DNA of 63,479 nucleotides, the filler included, from Rhabdomonas costata (lineage: Eukaryota): the NCBI GenBank assembly GCA_019059605.1. It is 27 parts of 27 records of this genome, joined end to end, with 100 filler letters (N's around TTAATTAATTAA, not from the genome) between each part and the next. Parts side by side here need not be neighbours in the genome. Positions count along the whole stretch, not along the records: positions 1 to 2,254 come from JAHMHO010004492.1; positions 2,355 to 4,608 come from JAHMHO010004493.1; positions 4,709 to 6,962 come from JAHMHO010004494.1; positions 7,063 to 9,319 come from JAHMHO010004495.1; positions 9,420 to 11,674 come from JAHMHO010004496.1; positions 11,775 to 14,028 come from JAHMHO010004497.1; 21 more parts are not named here. One strand, given 5' to 3'. Below are positions 1 through 11,986 of the stretch, piece by piece (position 1 is the first letter of the stretch; each line of letters opens with the position of its first letter). The translations under genes and the position numbers were made by a program. Under the pieces are notes generated by a model. That model had not been told where the DNA came from. It did not search any database and saw only the letters and a program-made list of their open reading frames with translations.

Positions 1-504
1 GGGTGTTTTGTGTTGTGTGTGATTGCTTTCGAGGTTCCACACACGCAAGCACACTGCCTAAAAAGATTATTTAAATTAGCTGGCTAAAAAACTTCAGCCA
101 ACATTAATGGTAAACAATGGTAAGCAGTAAAAAAAATAATAGGATCCTCTAGATTCGTTGAGTAGCCCAAGGATAAAACCCCTGGGATCTTGAGCCGCTG
201 CGCTGCACCCGGCAGAAGTATCTGCTTCAGTCACTGGCACCAAGCCTACTCCTCAGAATCGTGGTATCCACCTTCTCGCACAAGGCAAGCCACACCCAAA
301 CTTTGCGCCTTCTTGAGAAGTATTTGTTCACGGTCGTGAACCAGCTGGGTGGGGGTGGCCAGGCACCACCTACACCAGGGTACTCCCCATAAAATACAAG
401 ATCCGATCAATGCAAGCTGAATTGAGGGTTACCGACTGAAGCCGATTACCAGCGCCTTCCTACGATGAAAGGAAGCCACATCGGGCGAGGAGTGTGGGAT
501 ACAC

Positions 505-859
505 CTTGAGGAAGGGAGGCCTGCTCCTTGGCCAGAAGCTTTACCAGGCGCACCTGGGCCTGCAGCAGGTTCACCACGTTGTCCTCCACGGCCAGGAAAG
601 ACAGCTCTCGAAACTTCCCAGTGACGGTGCTGATCGTGGCCTCAGAGCGGAAGTACACCGGCAGGAAGGCCACCAGCCCCACCGCCACCACGGCGAGCAC
701 CACAAGGAGGCCCATCAATAGCCACAGCGGGAACTGCACCCCACGGTCGTCATCGGAGTGGGCCACGGTGATCACCCCGGAAGGGTTACGGCCGCTCTTG
801 TGATGCCTGTGCCCCCCAGAGGGCGGGGAGCGCGGCATGGCCGGGGACTCGAGCTGCAT
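505..859 (-). CDS. Probable first exon of a membrane-anchored sensor/receptor-type protein
   Basis: ATG at 859 after a long polypyrimidine tract; GC3-rich codons; TM segment FPLWLLMGLLVVLAVVAVGLVAFLPVYF followed by an amphipathic helix; GTGTAT donor at 504. The layout resembles N-termini of protist receptor cyclases/kinases, but the family is not established. Confidence 0.55.
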
Positions 860-1574
860 TCCCGCAGCCCCCAAAGCACGCAAGAACAACGAAAAAGAGT
901 AAGGAAGAAAAGGAAAAAAATGGAAGAAAAGGAAAAAAAGAAACCAAAACGATCTGGTGGTTTAAGAAGCAGGAAACTCAAAGCACCTTATCAGTGGCAG
1001 TGAATCCAAGCCTCTGTTTTATGCTTCAAGCATGCTGTATGTCCGAGGAAACGTTGGTTCACTGAACCGGGGTCTCTTGACCATACATCAAGAATAAGCC
1101 GGGATAAAGCGCATGGCTTTCCCAAAAGTCCCAAAAATGTTCAAACGCAAGCTCAAAGACGAGGCCAAGACGAGCGTCTCTTTTGGTTTTTTCTTGCACT
1201 CGAGCTTTTTTACTTTTACGTCGGCTCATATGAGAATCTGTCACCACCAGGTTTGGTCACAAAAGAGATGGCAGACGCTGAAGGGCAAACCCCTGCGCCC
1301 TGAGGCTGACTCAAGGGAAGGAAGATGGCATCCCGTCGTCCGAAGGTTGCCTCACCTCACACATGACACCAAAGTACACAATTCAATCGCCTTACAAGCA
1401 TCCATGAACAACATGCAACGTCACTGCAGGGCAGTCCACACTAGCACACACAAAAGCACCCAGGGTCTTTCGGGCTCAAATAAGAACGAAGTCAGGCCAA
1501 ACAAGGTCAAAGGATCTCCCGGCGACCGCGGCTAAGAGCGTCGGCGAGCGAGGATGGATGCACGAAGAGCATTT

Positions 1575-1716
1575 CTACAGGATCTTCGTCACGTAGTCCT
1601 CGTAGTTCACTACCAGCGTCACACTGAGTGACTTTGCCCGGTCATCCCACTTCGCTGCACCTTTGTTGGTGTAAACTTTCCTTGGCAGTGGCAGAATCAG
1701 CTTGTACTGCTCCGAC
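1575..1716 (-). CDS. Terminal exon of a PIH1/CS-domain protein, PIH1D3/DNAAF6-like (dynein-arm assembly factor)
   Basis: Acceptor gtag|G, then SEQYKLILPLPRKVYTNKGAAKWDDRAKSLSVTLVVNYEDYVTKIL*, matching the CS-domain pattern Y-x-L-x-L-x-LP...AKW....L-x-V-T-L. Not in the ORF track. Confidence 0.65.
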
Positions 1717-2254
1717 CTACACCAAGGTCAAAAAACGGCTGAACAAGAAAACAACCAGTGCTAAAAAAAAACGAAAATTGCCGTAGTACCAAAACGCAAC
1801 AGGGCATGCCCGCAGAAACGGGGTGCCAATGGTTCGTAATTCATCAGTTTCTTCACAACAAGAACTCAACTATCTACGCTGCGCGGTGTTTACAAGAAGG
1901 ACTGCGAGAGAGATCGGGGGGGGGTCAACAAAACGCGGAAAAGAAACAGAACGGTAAACCAGTGCAACGAAGAAACAAAACAAGGGGCACTATGCACAGT
2001 CCTAAATTGAAACTTGTATTCGTCGGGAAAACCGACCGACAATGAACCACAGGCAGGGATGGAAGAAGGAAGAAAGGAAAAAAATTACCGTACTCCCTGC
2101 ATACAGAACTTCCTTTGAAGAACTACAAAGCCCAAAATTCCAGCCAAAATTACACCATCAAACACACAATTTACACCACTTAGACATCCAGAGCACGTCC
2201 TCACTTATTCTGGTCCTCCTCCACCACACCGCATCACTTTGAACCCAAAACCCC

Positions 2255-2354
2255 NNNNNNNNNNNNNNNNNNNNNNNNNNNNNNNNNNNNNNNNNNNNTT
2301 AATTAATTAANNNNNNNNNNNNNNNNNNNNNNNNNNNNNNNNNNNNNNNNNNNN
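2255..2354. other. Artificial contig-joining spacer (first of 26)
   Basis: 44 N + TTAATTAATTAA (stops in all six frames) + 44 N, recurring about every 2.35 kb (4609, 6963, 9320, 11675 ... 61128). Contigs are nearly all 2250-2257 bp (one is 2287), consistent with length-sorted concatenation. Confidence 0.98.
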
Positions 2355-2483
2355 TTGTGGGTGTTGCTCTCTGGCTCTCGACGTGCCCCTATGGGAACCA
2401 CGTGGGCGGAGCTGTGAGAAGGGACCCTCCCCTCTTCCCCATTCCGACCCCACAGGTACAAGGCAGATGGGAAGTGGCAGGAC

Positions 2484-4581
2484 CTCGTCAAAAGAGGGGA
2501 AGTGCTTCAGGCCGTAGAACGAAGCCCACATCTGCAGCATAGGGTCGGGATGCTCACGGGCCCCCACGGCACCATAGCCGTGCTCAGGGGTGCAATGGGG
2601 GCTGACCACCATGTGGCGGTACTCCATCAGCGGGGGACTCTAAAGCGAGGCACAGCAGAAGAGCCCATAAGTTCCCCCAGCAGCAAACTTGGACCGACCA
2701 GGGTTGGAGACGCATTTCACATGACGGGAAAGCGAAGTGAAGGCTCCAGACCAAAAATCGCGGCATAGCAAATGTCAGGGAAAGGTCCTTCTGCCAACGT
2801 GTTCAAAGTGGGTGGGTTTTACACAAAAAAAAAGGCGCCCAAGCGCGGATGGTTGGTACGGTGTTGCCCTCGAAACGTATCGATTACCGCATGCCGCGAA
2901 GCTAACAAACCTGGGACAAGAAGAGGATGTACAAGCAATGTCGAACGTGGCAGAGATATTTTTCGAAAAGCGATAGGCAGCGTAGAAGGTGAACGACAAC
3001 GAGGGGAAAGCACAACCACATCTTATCCAGATATCCACCCTCACGCAACTCCATAAGCACAAGCCCACAAGCACACGTCTCGCTCAAAGCGCGCCCCCAC
3101 GAGGCCCACGTAGACCCCCTTGGGCTCAAACGTTCCGGGCTCCCCAGGGCGTCCCTGGTTGTTCCTACCCCCGCTGTTGATGAAGAAGGTCGGGGTGCTG
3201 ACCCCAAACAGCGCGGAGAGGGCCCTTTGTTGCAGAAGACGGACAGGTTTATTTTTCCCAGCAACCCGTTTCTATTCTCTTGCTAACAATTATATTCGCT
3301 GTCCTTCCAATGTTGTGGATTATCGCTGACCAGTGCCTTTCAAGAGACAAAAAAAGCAAGCAGTGGGCTGGACATGCGACACACTGCAAACTGGTGCTGA
3401 TCACAAACAGGTCACACAGGTCACACATATGGCACAGCAGTAACTTTCGAAAAAGGCAGGACAAACGTCAGCTCGAAGAGTGTGGCGATCGTTAGCAAAA
3501 CAACGCCCACAAAAAGGGGTGAGAAGGAGTCGCCACGAGGGGCTGCACACAGTTGAGGTTTATGAGTCCCCATCGGTTCGTGAAGATGCCGCAGAAGTTA
3601 TCCTGACCTCCCGTCACTAAACTACGGTTCCGTTCAGTTCCCCCACAACCCTGCTCCAAAGCGCGGCCCAAAACCTTAAGAGAAAGAGGAACAATGATTT
3701 AAAGTACAGCATGTGCGGAATTATGGCTGAGATTGCTTGCAGCTGGATGGACATCCAAATTAGAAGCGCAGTGAGATGCTTGGGTGGGGTTTGGCACCGA
3801 AAAACGCCCACGCAGCCGCGCAAGCAACAATAACAAACCAGCACAATCTTTTTTCGGGGGAAGGTACGAGGGCGAAAAAAAAAGCCGCAGGGTTAAAGCA
3901 GACAAGCGGCACGCATGCATTTCGTCGTAGCTCAGGAGCTCCTTGAGCTGCAGAGCGCCCGCCTCCTGGTCCGTACCGATCTGCTCAAAACCACCTGCGC
4001 CTTCCCTGCGAGGGCCGACCAGGTGGTACTCATCCGTGGAGTCCATGAACACCATCGGCCGCTGGCTTATCAGCCGGTCCAGAAGAACTGCCCAGGTCAT
4101 GCCGGAGTACAGCTCCTTTTTCAATGTGGCCGAATCGACAATGCACCGACAATTCCAGCCCCAAGCGATTGGAGAAGAAAAAGGGAGACAACAAGAAGGA
4201 AAAAACCTCACCAACATGCATGATGCGCCATGCTGACCAAGGTGTGCAGGGTGAGGAGAAGGGGACCTAAAAAGAGCATAACCAGTGAGCCAGTGCAGAA
4301 AAAAAAACGGGAGTTGCAAGGGTTAAATTAGCCTAATTATAAGCACTGGTGCACGCGGGGAAGTTGACCTTACGGGAGGCGCAAAGAAGTGGTCAGTTGA
4401 CTGCGAGTGACCTTTTCTCATCAGAAAAGAAATAAACTCACAACAAGCGTGCCTCCTCTCGGGCAGAGCCCGTCTTCCTTTTGACCTCCAGGAAGGTCTT
4501 CAGAAGGCCCTTGGCGTCCTCGCAGGCGACGATCCGCACGGAGCGGGCCTGCTCGACGATTTCCTGGCGCCTCCTGGGGTC
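2484..4581 (-). CDS. DUF4804 / MavL-like macrodomain-fold protein (putative ADP-ribosylarginine hydrolase), 4 exons, partial
   Basis: Exons 4581-4453, 4115-3919, 3224-3077 and 2639-2484 join in frame: FLEVKRKTGSAREE|ELYSGMTWAVLLDRLISQRPMVFMDSTDEYHL...FEQIGTDQE...LKELLSYDEM|ALSALFGVSTPTFFINSGGRNNQG...VGLVGARFERD|SPPLMEY...PEHGYG. These match the DUF4804 motifs LSYDE-x-x-LSAL, FIN-x-G-x-R-x-N and GARFER. Confidence 0.8.
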
Positions 4582-5227
4582 CTGCCCCGCGAGAGAAGAG
4601 ATGCGGTTNNNNNNNNNNNNNNNNNNNNNNNNNNNNNNNNNNNNNNNNNNNNTTAATTAATTAANNNNNNNNNNNNNNNNNNNNNNNNNNNNNNNNNNNN
4701 NNNNNNNNTGTTTTTGTGGACCCAATGTGTGCTCTGGGTGCTGGTTTCACGTTCTGGGGCTGCGTTGCTCCGGGTTGGAGTGAACTGACGTCGTTCGTTT
4801 GCAAAGATGGACTTAGGCGCTTTCCATCCGCATCTCTAACATCTCTAACTGGAGTTCGCTGGGAACGGAAAGGAAAGGTTAGCATACCTGTGGCGGCAAT
4901 GCTGACGGATAGTTGCAGCTCAAGGAAGCGAAGGGTAGAGCGAATGCATGGTAGGCAGTGTTAAAAAGTGGTTTAGGTTGGGAAAAGCGTCGATAACAAG
5001 CTGCCCACACATAGCAAAGCGAGGGTTTGGTTTTGGTCTGGTTTCATCCACACTGGCATTGACTTTATCAGTGGTTTTAATCTCTTCAGCGGACCGCGGA
5101 AAGCAGCTAGAGGTCTCGCTGATTTTCAGCGGCTTTGTGAATGTCCTACGCTTTTCGGTTTTCAGGATTTGTGTGGTTCTTTTGGGTTTTCTTTTTTGTT
5201 TGTTTTCTTTTGTGGTTTGTTCTCAGG

Positions 5228-5672
5228 GATCGACCCGCTCGCTTTTGTGGGGCAGCAGCTGCGGTACTTTATCAACAAGCTGGCCGGATGTCACCGGGTG
5301 AACGTTTCGTGGCAGCTGGGGTAATTTCTTCTTCGGAATTCTCCATGCTGAATTGACGCTGTAACAAACAAGCAGAGTCAGAGTCCCGCATCAAGAGCCC
5401 TTCACACACAAGTGCGGTGTAGAAGAAAACAAAGGGGAAGGTGTGAGGCAGGAGAAAGGGGTGGACTGAGAATGTGCAGGTTTGGGCATAGGGAGGCTGG
5501 AAGGGGTGTGGGCGTGGGTGCTTTTGCTTGCGTGGGCTTGTGTGTGACTTTTTTTGTTGGCGTATTTTTGGGAATCCTCAGATACCCTTGTCTGCAGCCC
5601 TGGGAAGGACTGACCTGCGGCCGTGGACCCTCTGGAGCACTCGTCCCCACTGAGCTCAGCCTTTCAACGGCC
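5228..5672 (+). CDS. Probable exon pair of an unknown protein
   Basis: cag| acceptors at 5227 and 5581 and a GTGAAC donor near 5298. Two frames splice consistently (IDPLAFVGQQLRYFINKLAGCHR|IPLSAA...* or SWPDVTG|YPCLQPWEGLTC); frame unresolved. Confidence 0.3.
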
Positions 5673-7613
5673 GTGTGTGGGTCCTCTGCCGTGCTGAGCT
5701 CCACCGCCGGTGCCTCCCCGCTGAACTTCAGCGCCCTTTCTCGGGTTCCTGTTCGAGTGGCTGAGCGGGCAGCGCCTGCCCCTGCCTGACCTTCCCGACG
5801 AGCCCCCGCAGCTTCTCTCCCTGGGGCTCCCTCAAAGACTCTGAGGCTAGCCTGCATCTTCCGGTGAGGAGTTTGTGAAATGCTCTATTTGGATGTTTAA
5901 TGTCAATAGGTAGGCGGTATGCGCATGGCGCTTCAAGAGTATAATGGTCCCCAAGTTTCAGATGTTTCGATGGTTGGTTTTAATTGTTCATTTCAGTTCA
6001 GATTTTCAGATACGTCAGGAATGCGCTCGAACTCACCCTTGAGCATTTGACCTCACCATCACTATCGTTGATGTGAGCACCTTGTTTTGCACCTAAGTCT
6101 CAGTATCTATTGGAGACCCCCGTACAAATCGTGTACCGTGCTACAGCATTGTTTTAAGAGTTCAAAGGTCAAACAAGCACTCCATGTGTTGTGCGCATAT
6201 CAAATTCTTTTCCCCTTCAGCACGTAAGTATTGTGTTGGAGTGGAGTGGAGTGGAGTTCCTTTCAGAAGATTAATCCGTTCAAGTGCCTCATGCTAAGAA
6301 AGCTCAGCAGTTAGTCGATGTTCCATGTTGCCCGAAGCACACGACCATAGCTCGGGCGGGTCTCAACTTAGTACAAGTGTTTCCGCATCGCATTATTCTA
6401 CTCGCGCTGCTTAAGCGGTTATCCTCTGAGCCTTGTGGGGTACCCCAATCCTTCGCCTCCACCGGGGTCTTCCTCGGATAATGCTTCTTCCGGAAACGCG
6501 GAGATCCCTGTGAAGTCAACGCCGAGCCCCATCCCGTTTGTGGACATGCTGGACCCCTTGAAGTTCTACACCTCGCCCGCGGTGCCGTCCCTGCGGCACC
6601 GAGTGAGGGATAACTTCTTGGGAAGCAGTGGGTTTAGCCCCTTTGTGCGGCGAACTCCAGCCTTGGTGTGCCCCTGTTTCTCAATGCCAAATCGTGTGCC
6701 CTGACTTGACCTTGCTATGGTCCCGCTTACCCCATTATTACATGTTTCCACTGCCTGGCTTTGTATTGCGAACTCGGGGGAGGAGGACTCTTGTTGGATC
6801 AGATTTTGCACGGGCAATGGGTAAGCACGGAGTGGCTGAGCGCGTACCTATGTTGCACTACAAATAATAATTTCAAGTTGCCTCAGTATATCAATTGCAC
6901 GAAGTTCTCGGTGTCACTTCGGATGCGATGTTAAACTATTTCAAATTGCTGTTTCTTTCCATNNNNNNNNNNNNNNNNNNNNNNNNNNNNNNNNNNNNNN
7001 NNNNNNTTAATTAATTAANNNNNNNNNNNNNNNNNNNNNNNNNNNNNNNNNNNNNNNNNNNNGGTTGGGGGTGTTGTTCGAAGGACTGGTTTTCTTTCGG
7101 GGCCTGTTCATTTTTTCCGCTCTACGGGCGTCCCTCTAAAGCCCGCGGTGTGCGAAAAAGATGTTTTGTAAACTAGAAGTAGTGGGTTTCCGTGAGAGGC
7201 CATCCTTTGTAGTCGAACCATTGTGATATCACGGCAGATGAGTAGTGCAATCCCGCCCGTTTTTTTACAGCAAGACGGGTTCTCATTCGCTTCTCTTTCG
7301 CACTGACCGTAGCATTGGCTTCAACACTGTTCCGTCCCTTGCATTTTGCCGCCTTCCGACATGAGGCTCTGCGGGCGTCCCTCTAAAGCGCGCTTGTTCG
7401 ACAAGATCACTGGTAGTATAAGCAATACAGATATATTGTCATATGAGGTCATGGTTCCATAGTTCTCTTCCCTACATCTCGCACTCGCGAACTCTCTGTT
7501 CTAGCCTGATGCCATCTTCGACAGGGCCAGCTTCTTCGTCTTTGACCATCAGAGGCCTTTTTTCTTTTAGCTTTTTTTTTTGCTGATTCTCACTCTTTTG
7601 CGCTTGTCCATAG

Positions 7614-8189
7614 GTGCCGCGGGTGTGGGCGCAGCCCTGTGCCTTCGCCGAGGGTTCCACGTCCTGCCCCCCGCAGTGCTTTGTGGCCGCCGAGGGCACC
7701 TTCCGACGCGAGCTTCGCCTCACCGACGCCGACGGCCAACGCCACAGTGCCCGCCTGGAGGCCCTGTTGTGCATGGGACAGCCTGGGACCACCACAGTGA
7801 CCTTCGAAATCACCGCCCACCCGGACGGCTTCATCTACTTCGGGTTGGCCCCGGTGAGCTCGTGCGCTGATCTGCAGGGACGGACGGGTAAGTGTCCCGG
7901 ACAGGACAACTGGGATGGGTTGTGGTTCGTCACCCACGGTTGGCTCTACAAGGGCTCCCAAAAGCCATTACCTGGCGTCGACCTGAAGGTCGGGGACCGC
8001 GTGGAGCTCCGTGTCGACCGCAGTGACTTCGAGGACTCCGCGGGCGGCACCGTCGTGATCGCCGTCAACGGTACCGCTGTGGTGGGCGGAGGACACCCGC
8101 CCGCCCCACTGCCGCTGGGCTTCACCGAAGACGCCTACTTCGTGGTAACGATGAAGAAAGCCGGTAACGCCGTGCGAGTGGTGGAATGA
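7614..8189 (+). CDS. Terminal exon with SPRY/B30.2-like beta-sandwich domain
   Basis: tag| acceptor after a pyrimidine tract; GC3-rich; TVTFEI...IYFGLA...GWLY...LKVGDRVELRVD...VIAVNG...YFVVTM fits the SPRY pattern; TGA at 8187-8189. Confidence 0.65.
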   Translation: MPRVWAQPCAFAEGSTSCPPQCFVAAEGTFRRELRLTDADGQRHSARLEALLCMGQPGTTTVTFEITAHPDGFIYFGLAPVSSCADLQGRTGKCPGQDNWDGLWFVTHGWLYKGSQKPLPGVDLKVGDRVELRVDRSDFEDSAGGTVVIAVNGTAVVGGGHPPAPLPLGFTEDAYFVVTMKKAGNAVRVVE

Positions 8190-8379
8190 GTCCGCTGTGA
8201 GACGGGTGTTTGCCGGGGTGCAGCTTCCTTGGGTTGGCTTTCCCCCGCTCTGTGAGCCCGGAACCGCTTGCTGTCTTAGTTCACATTTATGCGTCCTCTC
8301 CAATATTTGAATTACTTGGGTAGAGGAAGAGGGTGGGTGCGGAGAGTAGTAGGGGGACACTCCGTACTTTTTTTTGTTG

Positions 8380-8537
8380 TGCGTTGTGACATCCATCTGC
8401 GAATCGTGGATTTAATAGAGCGTGTTTTGCATATGTGTCAGCTGTTAGTGCTCCTTTCATTGAGAACGAGAACCAACAGCTGACACAAATGCAAAACACG
8501 CTCAAAACCACGATTCACAGATGGATGTCACAACGCA
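8380..8537. repeat. Imperfect internal hairpin / MITE-like fold-back (about 75-bp arms)
   Basis: Left arm tgcgttgtgacatccatctgcgaatcgtgg..gagcgtgttttgcatatgtgtcagctgtt pairs with right arm aacagctgacacaaatgcaaaacacgctc..ccacgattcacagatggatgtcacaacgca, with scattered mismatches and an indel. Confidence 0.8.
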
Positions 8538-9512
8538 TGCAGTGAATAGCAGCACGAGGTCGATGACAATCGGTCCGCGATCTGCTACTCCCTGTGAGAT
8601 TGGATGATTGGGCGCCAAAACATTTTGACTGAAATAAAGTCGCAGTGGTTGCCTCTTGACACAATTTGGCTAATGCCTGCCCTGCTGCTTGACACAGGAG
8701 CACCTGTACGCTGCAGAGCTTGTCTACCAGCTGAGCTTCTTGCTCTCCACAGTCACGGCCAACGGTGTATGAGCGTGAGGGGGATGTGCTTTGGCCACTC
8801 TTCGGTCCGCTTATCAACGGTCCATTGTTCGGCTAAATCAATCCTGGTGGTGTTTTTCCCAGTGATGATGAGTTGTCCCCACACCAGACTGCATCATGCG
8901 TTGAGGCAGCAAAATCATATTTGCTATGTTTGAAAATCACATTTGCTATGGTAGAATTCCCTTGTGCAAACTTTCGGAAATTTTGTGGTAAAGTGTGAGA
9001 CATTTTCCAAATGACATGACTTTTGATCCAAATTAAAGTAAAGTTTGCTACGTCCCGAAGCCCAGAATTTAGTAAGTTTCCAAGCCCTGCTGGTGTTTTT
9101 CATGAGGCCTAAAAGCTTGCGGTCTGAACGGTGCAACGCGCTCGCATAGCGGCTTCCCACGAGCCTTTTCATGCCGACCGCGGGTTGGCCGTTGTGGTGG
9201 AGGTGCTGGCGACTTACGTCGACAGCAAGGAGATGTTTGCGCTGTGCTGCCAGATCCTCACGAACACTGTCCTCACCAAAGGTTCTTTCACCAACCCCAC
9301 CACCAAACACACCCACCACNNNNNNNNNNNNNNNNNNNNNNNNNNNNNNNNNNNNNNNNNNNNTTAATTAATTAANNNNNNNNNNNNNNNNNNNNNNNNN
9401 NNNNNNNNNNNNNNNNNNNTGGGGTGTGTCTTTTTGGCACCGGTGCACTTGCCGCACGCGCCGGTGCCAAAAAGACACACTCGCACCCATGGAGAGACCT
9501 GGCAGTTCCCAG

Positions 9513-11555
9513 CAGCGCACCCCCATCCTCACGATGTGCTACGAGTACTGTGTGGACGTGGCGCGGGCCGAAAGTGCGGCACCCGCGGAAAATGCGGAGA
9601 CGCATTTTGTAATAGTCATGCAGGGTCTATGCGGTTTGCGCTGTCATTCCCAGCAACCCAACAGAGACAGAAAATTGGCTTAAAAAGAGAGAGCGATGAG
9701 GCTCCAACACAGAGCTGCTTTGTCTTCGCTGGAACTGATCGAGAAAAACAGACTGCCTTTCCTAGGAGACGAGTGCATCGCCTCCGCCCGTCTGTTGTCT
9801 ACTGCGCTGTGGCTTGGCAGCTCGGCACTTTCCAATTTTATGCGTGCCATGTTGAAAAAGGGCGAGAAGGACCTTGTGGCGTACGTGGAGGCAGTGATGG
9901 AGTTGCATGGGAGATACAAGGGGATGGTCTCCACGCGCTTCGAGCAGTGCCCTGCGTTCTCGACGGCGGTGAAGTTGGTGTGGAGCGTTCTTAGATTTGC
10001 GTCCAGGAGAAGGGCTTGAACATGTGCTCGTGTGTGATGAGGTTCAAATTTTGTTTTCAGACTCTGTGTGGCAATGTCTCTCACCCCTTCCTCCTTCTCC
10101 CCATCCCCCAACGTTTGTCCCTTGTCCCCACACTCCCGATTTTATTCTTATCCCCGTCTTCTCCATCGTTCTTCTTGTCCTCCCCCCCTCCTCTCCCCAC
10201 TGCGCTTACCACACCCAATGTCCTTTAATTGTTTTATTTATTTATTTATTTATTTAAGTGTAATATTACCCCCTTCCCCTCATGTGGACCCCTCTGCTCT
10301 GTTTATTTACATTTCTCTTTTGCCAGCACCTTTCTCTTATGACTATTCTAAAGTTTCTGTGAATTATTAGTGCTTTTTTTCCCTTTGCGCTCGGGTGTTG
10401 TTGCACCTCGCCGAACCCTGCTGTCACATTGCCGTGGTTCAACCATATTTTGCATATTCTTGTTCCCGTGAATTGCCCCCACCCATACATACAAACAAAC
10501 AAACCTACAAACCCATACGTGCGGATCAAATTTAGCATGCCCTTCTTTCACGGAACAAAAAACGGAGTACGCAACCTTTACGTGCGGGGCTGGCGGGCTG
10601 GGAAGGGGGTGGGCACCGTTCCTTTTTGGATCAGTAGGATACTCGACGCTTGTTGACAGAGCCCCGCCCTCCACACACTGTAAAAATGTATTCTTCTCTA
10701 TCCTATGCGGCAGGGGTTTGAGGCTTTTGTCAACGTCACTCTGTTCAGAGAGCTCAAGGAGGACAAGAAGGTGAAGTCTTTTTTTGCAGGTGTGCTTCGC
10801 ACGGTATGAGTGTCGGTGGCAGGAATGTTAGGTAAGGTCCGGGCCTTTTGATGCCTTTGGTGTGCTCCTTGATGTTTTTTGGTGACGGGTGGTGGGCGGG
10901 TTATGGTTACCAGTTGTAACATTCTGCCGACCATTAATTGTCCTCCCATGTTCCCGCGGAAACCGCCTACTTCGGACGCGTTTCCGGCTGTTCTTCGGTC
11001 CTGAACGAATGCTTTTCCCCGCAATGAGTTAGGGAGGCATCAGGTGGTGAGTCTGCATGCTGGGAGGAGGAGGGGCGGGGGAGGGGCGTTTTATTCCCAG
11101 GCGCTGTGTGTGTTATCATCGGTGTTGCTTAAGTTGGCTGAGGGAGCTGCCCGTCGATTCGGTCTGCAGGGGAGCTATTGTTATCTCTGTGGTTGGGTCC
11201 AACGGCAGAAATTCTCCCAACATTTTGCGATGCCATCATGAAGAACGAGAAGATCACCCCAGACCAGTTTGCGGCGAAACTGGACAGCATCATGGGCATC
11301 TACTCCTTCATCAGGTACCCCCGGACTTTGCCAGACCTGCACCTTTCCTTAACCTTTCCTTTTTTCCTCCCCACCGTTTCTATGCCCTCCTTACCCCTGC
11401 CTGCTGACCGAAGGACGCACTTTCCCTTTTAGCTTTGGCTTTGGCGCAGTGACAAGCAGCTGTTCGAGGAGGTGTTTCGTCGGCAGCTGTCCAAGCGGTT
11501 GCTGATTACGAAGACCGATTCGGACCACGAAAAGGAGATTCTGGCGAGGCTGAAG
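9513..11555 (+). CDS. Cullin family protein (partial, multi-exon)
   Basis: Exons about 9861-9977 (YVEAVMELHGRYKGMVSTRFEQCPAFSTAVKL), 10714-10789 (GFEAFVN...KSFFA), 11209-11314 (EILPTFCDAIMK...IYSFIS) and 11450-11555 (DKQLFEEVFRRQLSKRLL...EKEILARLK); classic cullin homology region with GT-AG junctions in phase. Confidence 0.9.
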
Positions 11556-11986
11556 GTGCGGGACGTTTCTAAAAGTCCCCCGACCCTGCAGTGTGGTTCA
11601 GTTTGTGGTTCAGTGTGGCCGAGTTCCTTAGAGAATCTCTTCCACGACTGCCTACCTGCTGCTTTAAAAAAAAANNNNNNNNNNNNNNNNNNNNNNNNNN
11701 NNNNNNNNNNNNNNNNNNTTAATTAATTAANNNNNNNNNNNNNNNNNNNNNNNNNNNNNNNNNNNNNNNNNNNNGGTGGTGGTGGGTGCGACAGACCTAA
11801 GTTTTCGAGGTGGCTCGTGCACCGTGGTTTTGTGTTTCCCTTTGATTTTGCCGTGGTGAAAGGAAATTTCTGAAGGGCTCGCTGACGTGAAGTGGTTCTT
11901 AGAGTTTTTTTTTCGCTCTTTTTTGATTTCTTGGTTTTTGATCGTTTTTTACACTGGTTTCCACCCTTTCGCCATTCCCTCCGCAG

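Noticed and set aside
1-22. G/T-rich starts and C/A-rich ends read as telomeres or nanochromosome ends
   Set aside because: There is no fixed repeat unit, the polarity is opposite to telomeres (3' ends are C/A-rich), genes are cut mid-intron, and several ends match a WGA primer.
8604-8933. LLDTGA motif suggesting a retroviral aspartic protease
   Set aside because: Isolated short motif without a convincing downstream ILG-x-D motif or other pol domains.
9131-9290. ARM-repeat-like fragment GLAVVVEVLATYVDSKEMFALCCQIL
   Set aside because: Too short, no clear acceptor, and truncated by the contig end.
11175-11208. Apparent non-conventional (CTG-ended) intron boundary in cullin
   Set aside because: A conventional solution exists: TTT GCA G|GTGTGC (10790) ... 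ggcag|AA ATT (11209) gives FAEILPTFCD in phase.
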